A DNA stretch of 64,000 nucleotides, taken from contig JARDVH010000163.1 in assembly GCA_030324005.1 (NCBI GenBank), positions 114,245,556-114,309,555 on the forward strand, given 5' to 3'. Positions 1-10,000 of this stretch are shown piece by piece. The notes beneath the pieces are model-generated. The model was not told where the DNA came from. It saw nothing but the letters and a program-made list of their open reading frames with translations, and did not search any database. Each line of letters begins with the position of its first letter. Position 1 is the first letter of the stretch. The position numbers and the translations under genes were made by a program. The stretch comes from Negaprion brevirostris (Eukaryota).

Positions 1-78
1 ACTCTTTTGTAAAACAGTCCATAAAATTTCCAGCTTTTAAACTACCTAATTACCTTTTTATGTAAAACTCTGTCAATT

Positions 79-365
79 CATAGAATCTCGACAGTGCAGA
101 AAGAGGCCATTTGGCCTGTCGAGCCAACATCGACAACAATACCACCCAGGCTTATCCCTGTAACCCCACACATTTACTCTGCTAATGCCCTTGGTATACC
201 AACCCACCTTACCTACAATCTTTGGAGTGTGGGAAGAAACCAGAGCACCCAGAGGCAAACATGGGGAAGACATGCAAAATTCACACCATCACCTGAGCCC
301 AGAATTGAACCCAGGTCCCAGGCACTGCAAAGCAGCAGTAGTAACCACTGAGCCACCGTGCTGCC
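79..365 (-). mobile_element. tRNA-derived SINE (family A, HE1-like shark SINE) with CR1-like tail
   Basis: Reverse complement reads ggcagcacggtggctcagtggttactactgctgc...cctgggttcaattc (A/B-box head), with the tail ending in ...gattctatga. Confidence 0.8.
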
Positions 366-654
366 TGAGGAATACCAGCATCCCTACAATAACCCTCTAA
401 AGGATAGCAGCTGAACTTCTCCAACCTTGCCCGTGGTTGGGATTCTCCAATCCTGCTGCAGTGAAGGGAGTTTGGCTGAGTGTCAAATTCTTCGTCCATG
501 CTGGCAGCGGTAGTGGGGTGAATGAGACTGGAGAATCTTCGTCNNNNNNNNNNNNNNNNNNNNNNNNNNNNNNNNNNNNNNNNNNNNNNNNNNNNNNNNN
601 NNNNNNNNNNNNNNNNNNNNNNNNNNNNNNNNNNNNNNNNNNNGCCACCATGCC

Positions 655-760
655 ACCCTGGACTCTGCAGTGCTTGTTGTAGGATAGTACACACTGCTTC
701 CACTGAGCAGCAGTGGTAGCGGGATGGGATCTTAGTGGATGTGGTGTCAATCAAACAGAT
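655..760 (-). mobile_element. Degenerate LINE ORF2 C-terminal fragment
   Basis: Minus-strand peptide RYHCCSVEAVCTILQQ resembles the LHHRRxVAAVCTIYKMHC C-terminus of fish/shark LINEs. Confidence 0.4.
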
Positions 761-1257
761 GTCACATGATGGGGGGGGGCCTGGTTTGAAGGGATTACAG
801 AGCTAGGGAGGAACAAAGTCATGGCATGATTAGAAAAGGGGGCCGAGAATTATTAAATTGTGATGTTGGGCAGNNNNNNNNNNTGTAGATCAGTGAGCAC
901 AGGGAATGGGCAATAAATTCAGCTCTGCAAACTAAAACAACCTTGCAATCAGTTTGTCAGATCTGCACAGGCACCAGTGACCTCTTTCTCTGCTGTAAGT
1001 TTACTTTGATAACCTGTGGCTCCTACCGATTCTAGCAATCAGTGAATGTAAAGACAGGAAATGTTGGTAACACACAGATAACTGATCAGTTACAATACTT
1101 GCCTTTCAGCATGCAGCTAATGCTCTTGTGCAATATGTGGTAACCTATCTGCAATGGCAATCGCATACAGACAATGCAGAAAAACAGCCAAGTCCGCTTA
1201 TGCCTAAGTAGAATGAGAAACATATTTGCTTTCTTGTGTGTGTGTGAGTTTAGTTTT

Positions 1258-1376
1258 GGCACAGTGGTTTGCACTGCTGCCTCACAGTGCCACAGACCTG
1301 GGTCTGATTCCCAGCTTGGGTCACTGTCTGTGTGGAATTTGCACGTTCTCCCTGTGTCTGCATGGGTTTCCTCCTG
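1258..1376 (+). mobile_element. SINE family A, 5' fragment
   Basis: ggcacagtggtttgcactgctgcctcacag...cttgggtcactgtctgtgtggaatttgcacgttctccc. Confidence 0.85.
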
Positions 1377-2004
1377 AATGACCCCTCAAACCAATGCTCT
1401 CATTTTCTCAGATAGCACGGGACCATCGGGCTGAATCACCACTCTCTGTGCTGCACATATTCGCAACAATTGGAGATTGCAAGATTTGGTGTCGATTCCA
1501 TATCTGGAACCAAGGATTAGTTTGGGGTGAATTTGGAATTTGCAAGCAATTGAAATACTTGGAAAGAGTGATCATAATTGAAGTGTTAGTGGGGATAGGG
1601 AGAGAGAGAGAGAGAGCAACAAATGCCAGATCAGCTTGAGGTGCAGAGTGATGAGTTCTTGGTTGAATAGCAAGCTCTTTCATATTGTCCTCCTTCTGTC
1701 GCTAAAAGTTCTCTTGTCTCTCTGCTGATTTACGCAACCATGGATTTTCTAAGCAGAAACACTCACTCGTTCCTGACTACAGGAAACCCACTATGGCCTT
1801 TTGGGTGTCAGTGTACATTCCAAAAAGTGAGTGGCTGTGTTCGGACAGCGTGTGACTGATGTCAGATTGCAAATGAGTCAGTTCTTGAAATAAGTTGTTT
1901 TTGAGAAAATGGTACGCATGTTGAAAGAGTGATTTCCTGCTCAGTAAGTGGACGGATGCCTAGACCAACAAATGTCATATCAATAACTGGGTATTTCCAC
2001 CTCA

Positions 2005-2365
2005 ATAACTTCATCTCCCTGCCTCAGCCTCTCTTGCTGCTCAAACATTGAATTCTGCTTTTTGTTACCTCTGGACTTAAACATTTTAATGCTCTCAGAG
2101 TTGGCCAACGCATCTTGCATCCCCTGTAAATCTGATACATTGCTGTCCTAACTCACATCAGATTCTGTTTTGCCCATCACCCTGTGCTCGCTGACCTACA
2201 TTAGCTCCTGCACTGCTATTGCCTCCATTTTAAAAATCTTGCCCTTGTTTTCAAATCTCTTTTATCTTCCTCCCTAATCTCTGTAACCTCCTCCAGTCCC
2301 TTCAACCTTCTGAGATTTCTGCATTCCTCCAATTGTGGCCTCTTTAACATCCCTGATTATAATGG
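2005..2365 (+). mobile_element. L2-type LINE 3' fragment
   Basis: cccatcaccctgtgctcgctgacctacattagctcc resembles the PITPVLADLHWLP motif of the L2 ORF2 end. Homologous to 24380-24940. Confidence 0.65.
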
Positions 2366-2369
2366 CATC

Positions 2370-2655
2370 AGGGTGGCACAGTGGTTAGCACTGCCAGTGA
2401 CCTGGGTTCGATTCCTGCTTGGGTCACTGTCTGTGCAGAGTCTGCACGTTCTCCCCGTGTCTGCATGGGTCTCCTCCGGGTGCTCTGGTTTCCTCCTACA
2501 GTCTGAAAGACGTGCTGCTTAGGTGCATTTGTTATGCTAAATTCTCTCTGTGTACCCGAACAGGTGCCTGAGTGTGGTGACTAGGGACTTTTCACAGTAA
2601 CTTCATTGCAATATTAATGTAAGCCCACTTGTGACACTAATAAATAAACTTAAAC
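2370..2655 (+). mobile_element. SINE family A, near full length, ...aataaataaactt tail
   Basis: gggtggcacagtggttagcactg (A box), gggttcgattcc (B box), body shared with other copies. Confidence 0.9.
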
Positions 2656-4130
2656 TATGGCAGGACTCCCTTCTGAGTCTCACCTTGCACTGCTCCCGAC
2701 ATTAAGTTGCTTTGGGGCAGCCATTTAGCCTGGTGAGGGGTTAGCTGGGACCACGGCACTCTATCAAATCCAGCCCTTTTGTTTCTTCCCTATATTAGTG
2801 GTGCCCTAAAAGGGACACTTGTAATGATTCTTTNNNNNNNNNNAACCTACTAGTGCACCAAAAAGGTCCAGCCCAGAAGCCCCGGAGACGATTGTAGTGT
2901 TTCTACAATAGCCTGCCTGATGCCATTTTACTCAGCACAGGCAGGGATTGAACTCTCGTCATCTTGCTCTATATATCAGCTACTCATTGGATGATCCTGT
3001 TGGATCAATGTTGGTGTCCGAGTGATTCAATGACAATGATATTCAAAAGCTTTAGGTCTGAGCCTAAGGGATGTGAGCGTACCTCTTAATGGTGATTTGA
3101 GAATCTCATGATTCGGAGTTGATGCGAAATTGAATCCATACTTTATGTAGTGGTCTTTCCATCATGGTTTGATGCACATCTTGATCCAGCAGCTCTTTGT
3201 ATAAATGCCAGGAGATACAGCACAACTCTGGGCCATTTTGACACTACCCATTTGTTACCCATTCAAAAAGTCTCCATCTATTTGATATGTGTGCATAGTG
3301 AGTTTGTATTTTAATTTTCATTACAACCAGCTCAACAAATTCTGTTTAATTCTGTTCTATAGCTATCATGATATCAAACCAGTGGAATCAGTATTTCAGA
3401 AGATTCTGATGGCAAAAATCAGAAAATGCCAGATTGCTTTTTTCTCCAGACATTTGTTTGTACTTTGACGCCCCCACCGCCCAGCGCCTGCCCGCATGCA
3501 TTGAAAACAATAGTTTGGTGTCACCTGCTGGACGAAGACTTTTTAAACAGAGAAGTAAAATTTGAATAATGTATTTTAAAATGAGCTAAAACTGTATTTC
3601 AGTAGATAAGCTTTGTTGGTCATTTAGACAAAGTCCAGTTTAGTAATTCTGTGCTTTGGTCACTGGACACAGTGAAAGGGCAATGCAGCTCACTGTCACA
3701 GATGCATGGCTGTGGTTGCAACTCTTTCAGTTACACTTCAAGGGCGAGTTAGTGGCAGAGGCTGGTTCCTTACAGGTATTTGGATGCAACTGCATACCTG
3801 ACCTTTTGGTCACAAACTGTTTTGCAGGAATAGTCTAGGGCGGGATGGGCTCAGAGATAAAATAATAAATTTGGAAAAAAATTACACATAGTCCAATAAA
3901 AATATTGGATCAAGCTTGTGCCTGCCTGTAACTTGGAATATTTCCAAGTAGGTGTAATCGTTATGCAGTCCCACCACAACTCCTTGTTCATGGTTGTACT
4001 TGTTCACTTGCAAAATGTGAAAAGCTCCAGGGTTAAAATACTGTAAGTCATCAAGCGTACAAAAAAAAGTATACTTTCTATTCGCTCATCTGTGTGTATT
4101 TTGTGACAGAAAATCTCTTTTGTAAGTGAG

Positions 4131-4569
4131 ATTCTCTCAAACAAATGAGGACAAACTTAACAAGAACCAAAGATAGTAGGCCTTAAGAAGGGTTGTAGTG
4201 AGTGTGTTTTATTTTTGCTTGCAGAGCCAGCAATATTTGATGTCTAGAGATAGGCCTGATACTGCCCTCCTTTCTTCTGACTCATTGAAAATAGAAGCAG
4301 GAGTAGTTCATTTGGCTCCTCGAGTCATTTCGATCATGACTGGTCATCAACTTCAATGTCCTGATCCCATCTTCTTCCCATATCTCTTGATCCTGTGTGT
4401 GTGTGTGCGCGCATGAGGGACTCGTTCAAACAAATGAAGACAAATTAAACAAGAACCAAAGGTAGCAGGCCCTGAAAAGGGTTGTAGTGAGCATGTCACT
4501 TTTTTTGCAGAGCAGCAGTGTTTGTCTAGAGGCAGGCCTGGCACTGCCTTCCTTTCTGCTCATACACAC

Positions 4570-4609
<40 letters not shown>

Positions 4610-5490
4610 CTCAAACAAATCAGCTCAAACTAAACAAGAACTAAAGGTAGCAGGCCCTGAAAAGGGTTGCAGTGTTTTTACTTTATTTGCAGTGTTTGGT
4701 GTCCAGAGGCAGGCCTCTTTTCTTCACATATATGCACACACACGTGTGTGAGAGGAGGGCAGTGCCAGGCCTGTCTCTGGACACCAAACATTGCTAGCTC
4801 TGCAAAACCAAACAAAAACTCTGCAAAACCAAACAAAAAAATGAAGTAAAAACACGAACTCACTACAACCCTTTTCAGGGCCTGCTACTGGTTCTTGTTT
4901 AAGTTGTCTTGGTTTATTTGAAGCAGTCCCACTCTCTCTCGCGTGTGTGAGTGAGAGAGAGACACTCAAACAAATCGGGACAACTTCAACAAGAACCATT
5001 TGCAGGCCTGAAAAGGGTTGTAGTGAGTGTGTTTTTATTTTAGTTTTTACAGAGCCAGCAATATTTGTTGTTTGGGGGCAGGCCTGGCACTGCTCTCCTA
5101 TCTATACACACACAAACACAAGAGAGTGTGTGTGAGAGCGAGATACTCAAACAAATCAAGTCAAATTAAACAAGAACTAAAGGTGGCAGATCCTGAAAAG
5201 TGTTGTAGTGTTTTTATTTTATTTGCACAAGTGTTGTGTGTGAGAGAGAGAGAGGGACTCTTCCAAACAAACCTGTATACACACATACGCGTGAGTGAGT
5301 GGGACTCTTTCAAACAAACCGGGACAACTTAAACAAGAACCAGTAGCAAGGCCCTGAAAAGGGTTGTAGTGAGTTGGCGTGTTTACTTCATTTTTTTTTT
5401 CTTTTGTTTGGTTTTGTTTTTTTTTGCAGAGCTAGCAATGTTTGGTGTCCAGAAGACAAGACTGGCACTGCCCTCCTCTCTCTCTCTCTC
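4131..5490. repeat. Array of ~7 diverged 140-200 bp units (core aaacaagaaccaaaggtagcaggccctgaaaagggttgtagtgag), one inverted, separated by CA/GT/GA microsatellites
   Basis: Core seen in units starting near 4131, 4419, 4608, 4962, 5141 and 5301 (+), and as reverse complement at ~4751-4940. Confidence 0.9.
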
Positions 5491-5730
5491 TCTCACTCAC
5501 TCACTGACACACACACAACACAATGTCTGTTGGTGCATTTTGGAGTGTATGTGTGTGTGTGTGCGTGCGTGCTGAAAGCAGGAACAATCCCTGACATTTT
5601 GGAGTGGGGCTGGGTGCGGGGGGGGGTGGTGAGTGAGTGAGCATGCTCGCTGGTTCTTGGCGGTTGGGCTGGGAAGGGAAGCTGGGTGTTGCGCTCTCTC
5701 TCTCTCCTGTGTCTCTCGCACACTCACTCC

Positions 5731-5762
<32 letters not shown>

Positions 5763-5879
5763 GGATGTCATTCCANNNNNNNNNNNNNNNNNNNNNNNNN
5801 NNNNNNNNNNNNNNNNNNNNNNNNNNNNNNNNNNNNNNNNNNNNNNNNNNNNNNNNNNNNNNNNNNNNNNNNNNNTCTC

Positions 5880-6343
5880 CCACACACACACACAGGATGT
5901 CATTCCAGGCATAGCCTGCATGGCTCTGCACTCACACCTTGCAGCGGGGCTGTGCGGGGAGGGGGGGAAAGCTGGCCCGTCTCGTCTCCCTCAGTCTTCT
6001 CACTATGAAGAGCCCGCTTTTAAGAGTTTTTGGCCTGTGAAAGGGGGTAGGGGGGGCCGGCGGCGGCGGGGAAGAAAGATTTTGTGTTTTTTTTTTGTTT
6101 GAATAACGTCTTGTGAGGTACAAATTAGAACCTTTTCCTTTTCGCTGGGCCCGCGCTTTATTTTTTTTTGCCCCCTTTTTTGTGTGTGTGCCGGTTACCC
6201 CACACGTATCTATCTATATTTTTCTTTATTTTTTAAAACAAAGATTTGGATCAGAGAGGCTGGGGCCTCGGCACAGGGGGAGGGAAAGCAGTTAGAGCGC
6301 TATCCTGGTGAAGCAAACAGCTGGCCTTTTTGCTGCCCAGTAA
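5880..6343 (+). promoter_or_regulatory. GC/CpG-enriched promoter and 5'UTR region of VGLL4 exon 1
   Basis: Local CpG/GC enrichment (gcggggctgtgcgggga, ggccggcggcggcgggg, cccgcgc) in AT-rich surroundings, directly upstream of the ATG. The TSS cannot be determined from sequence. Confidence 0.6.
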
Positions 6344-6425
6344 ATGCTACTAAAGAAAATGGACCTGTTGAACTATCAGTACTTGGACAAGATGAGCAAC
6401 AATATTGGCATCCTTTGCTTCGAAG
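6344..6425 (+). CDS. VGLL4: VGLL4 coding exon 1 (MLLKKMDLLNYQYLDKMSNNIGILCFE-G)
   Basis: ATG at 6344 directly preceded by an in-frame TAA. Peptide closely matches the vertebrate VGLL4 N-terminus MLFMKMDLLNYQYLDKMNNNIGILCYEG as I recall it. Donor GAAG|GTAAGA at 6426; 82 nt, phase 1. Confidence 0.95.
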
Positions 6426-7020
6426 GTAAGACTCCCAACTTGTTTATTACCCTCCCCTCCCCTCGCAATCTAAAGTATGTTGATCTGTTACTGCTAACGT
6501 GTGTGTGTGTGTGTATGTATATTTTCTAAGCTTATCCTGTCATACTGCTTTGACTCCCAACTTGCTTCTATCCTTCTCTCACTATCCAAAATATGTTGGT
6601 CTGTTGTAGCTGTTTATATATATTTCCTAAACTTATATATATAAAAATAATACTTTGCTTTGACTCAACTTTGTTTTTACCCCCCATCTAAAATATGTTG
6701 AATCTGTTGCTAACATTGTATATGTATATATTTATATTTCCTAGGCTTAGCATATCTTATATATTTTACATCCTTTGCTTTGATTCCCAACATGTTTTTA
6801 CCCTCCTCTCAGAATCTAAAATCTGTTGCCGTTCAGCTTGTGTGTAATATTTGCTTAACTTAGTCTATATATTACACCCTTTGCTTCAAAGGCAAGACTC
6901 CCGATTTGTTTTTACCCTCCCCTCCCCTGAGTGTTAAAATGTGTTCGTTGCTGTTAACATTGTGTGTATGTATAAATATACACATTGTATTTATTTCAGT
7001 TAGCTTGTCATATATATTTA
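6409..7020 (+). repeat. Five-copy diverged tandem repeat (~105-145 bp unit) starting inside exon 1
   Basis: Unit starts resembling catcctttgctt...gactcccaacttgttt.ttaccct...ctaaaatatgttg at 6409, 6541, ~6650, 6769 and 6875. Confidence 0.85.
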
Positions 7021-10000
7021 AAACAATGGTTCACCTTCCTTCCTTTGTCACACATACGGTGTCCAGTTGCCTGCACATCCCCCCCCCCCCCACCAAAGAT
7101 TACCAGATGTGCAGCCGCGCTAACAAAGAAAATTAGCTTGCCTTGTCTGAGGAGCCATGTTGTACTTGCACAGTCTGCACTCTTTGTTTAGCTTATCATT
7201 TCCTGTGTAGTTCTGAGAAAGTTCTGACATTGAAGGATGTGCCTCTTTCCCTCAAGAGCTGAAACAGAGCATGATTGAACCAGTCTTTTTATCAAAAAAT
7301 TTGTATATCAGACTATATTGTAACTTGGGTTGTACACAATATTTGTCGTACTGTTAGGAGTTCAGTAATGATCAAAGATGAACCCCATAGTATAGCTTTT
7401 GGGCTTTCCCTGTGTGTGCAGTTTAAAAGGAATTCTTGTGATGTAGGGTTGTTTGACAGAAGTATTTCATAAACCACATTTGGTTGGGTACTGATACTAC
7501 TAAATCAATTCAGGCTGCATATTTTTGGGACTTCATTCACACAATTAATTTCTTGTTGGGGGTCGGTGGGGGGAGATCTGTGTGTTTGACTTGTAGATTC
7601 AGATAATTTGGCAAAACCCTAAGCCATCTTGTGCTTGTATGCTAGCTTTATTAGCTTCATGTTTTAAACCCGAATCTGTTAATTAGTTACTACTGTAACA
7701 GCCTGAACACAAGTAAAAGTTTAAGAGTAGGCAACAAAGGAAAGCAGCGTTTCTGTTTTTAAATTATTAACTTACAAATGGCATTTTTTTAAAAATAGTG
7801 ACAGCTGGATTTCTTTATTTCTTTGATTTTTGCCATTTAATTTTCCATTGTCATGCTGTGGTTTTCAGTGAGTGAAGTTGAACACCTAGTGGAGACAAAG
7901 GACTATTAGTTTTCTAAGCCTTCTTTTGTTTTGGGTTTTCTTCTGAACTTTATGAGCTTTTGATTTTCCTCTTCATTTGCCCTAAAATGTTTTCAAAAAG
8001 ATGGTGAAAAATTTTGGGATTTTCCAGAAATAGAAATAGACCCATACAAGTGTTGCAACCATTTCAAACATGTGCCAAAAATACAAAGTAAACACAGTAA
8101 TGTTTTTCCATCAAAATTTTTTTTGGTGCCACTAAAGTTTCCTTTATCCGAAATGTTTTTGNNNNNNNNNNAAAATGGAAGTCCATTTAAGGTCCAGTCT
8201 CTTCTGGTGGTTATGATGATTTTAATCTGTTATGATTGACAGTTCCATTCTGGTTTGCACAGAATTTAGATGTGCATGAAATTAGTGGAACATCAGTTAA
8301 CCACATCTGTTTTCCAATTTTCAGCTTCTTGGGCATACTAATTTGGTTTGAAATCGTTAAGAGTTTTAATGCAGCTCGCTGATGCCAAGCAAATTGCAGT
8401 TTGGCAACTTGCTGTTGCAGACTCCTGGGAACTCTTGACTGTATGTTTGAATAATGATCAAAGACTAAAGCAAACTTTTAATGGTGGGAATCAAGCATTC
8501 ATAATACACAGATTTTATTCTTAAATCTCTTCTTGATGTTACAGAATGTATGGTTCCACTTTTCTCTTCGCTGGCTGACTCTGTGTTAGCAGCTGTTGTG
8601 ACCTGGAAGCAATCCTGTTCAGCAAACAGTAATTCAGCCACATGAATGGCACTGCCAGAGGTCACTTGGGCTGGTCCTCACATAATTGGCATAAAAAATC
8701 ATACATGTGTTGGCTTATTTTTGCTCACCACTTTAACAGGGGAAAAAAATCATTTGTAATATTGATTTCCAATTTTAATTGCATTTTGGGCACCAATGTT
8801 TAAAAATATACATATGCTTTATCAATCCCTACATTCACTGCTGCTCCCAAGTGTTTTTGTATCGAGCTCGTTCCTCATTAAAATTGTGATTATGCCAGCT
8901 ATCTTCATGTTTTGAATATATTATTTCAATTGGAGATCTGCAGAGATGAGGGAATGAGCAAATATACTGAATTTAACCTGTATCTTGTGATTTATTAAAA
9001 TTCACACTGATTCTTGCAACGATATTTTGTATATAACTGTCTATATACTGTTGTCTAGCTCCTGAGTTAGTAGGGAAAAGATAAAAACAATTTTATGTTC
9101 AGACCATTTGAATGCTTTGGGCTCTCAATGGTCAGTTGAAGTTTTCACCATTGCACGTTTGAAAAAAAATGAAAAGTTAGTTGTGGGGCATGATAATTTA
9201 ATATAGATTTGAGTTCATTTTGATTTATTAATCAAAGATGGGTGAGCCCCAGAATTGGGGGCCCAGGAAAAGAATCATAATTGACCTGAATTTCTGTGAA
9301 TTTTTGGTGCCTGTTTTAACTCTAATGTTTGGGATTTAGTGTGGTGTGTACTGAGAACGCAGGCATTCAAAAGTCCATTACAAAAGCTGAACCAGCAGCA
9401 CTGGGGTGAAAAGGCTATGTAGCAGAACCATCCTGTACCAGCTGCGTACTCTGGTGCACAGTGTCAAATGACTGACACTTGATACTTGATGAATTTTGAG
9501 CTTCAACATCTGCATCTTATTTTTTCTGTGAAAATAATGTTTGTTGAACTCATTGCATCGAATGAAGATAGCTCAAGTATTATGTGTACAGTAGTAGATT
9601 GGTTAATCCTTAACTTGCTGCTAATTCTACTCTGGAAAGTAATGCAGCGATGTCACTCCCTGTGATGGGGCTAGATTCCCTCGGTAGTGATTTTTCATTT
9701 GTTTAGTTTGAGTGTCCAGATGGCTAAAACAACAGGAGGTATCCTTTTGTGATCCGCAGTCCTTCTGTATCTCTTCTTGGCCTTGAACTGCGGTTACTAG
9801 GATGTAGAAACCAAACAATAAACAGTGAATTTTAGCAGCTGACCTTTGGGTATTTCCTGAACTTGGAACAGAACTAGAGCTCAAGTGCTGGCTCATTGAA
9901 CAGAAGAATAATTAATACTTTACTGATGCAATAATTGATTGGCTTAAGAGATAGTACTTCTGATTTACGCGAGTGATTGTGCTTCAAAATGGATGTTGAA

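Noticed and set aside
2370-2420. tRNA gene (A/B boxes)
   Set aside because: It continues into the SINE body and occurs in many decayed copies, so it is a tRNA-derived SINE head.
4131-5490. CRISPR-like appearance (repeat cores with variable spacers)
   Set aside because: Units are long and diverged, the spacers are microsatellites, there are no cas genes, and the context is vertebrate.
5745-5907. Direct repeats flanking 100-N gaps (also 13685/13797, 31318/31428, 52370/52508)
   Set aside because: The same sequence on both sides of a fixed-size gap indicates unmerged contig overlap (assembly artefact), not a biological duplication.
1-6343. VGLL4 METPLDVLSRAAS-type alternative first exon
   Set aside because: No matching coding sequence seen; probably upstream of this window.
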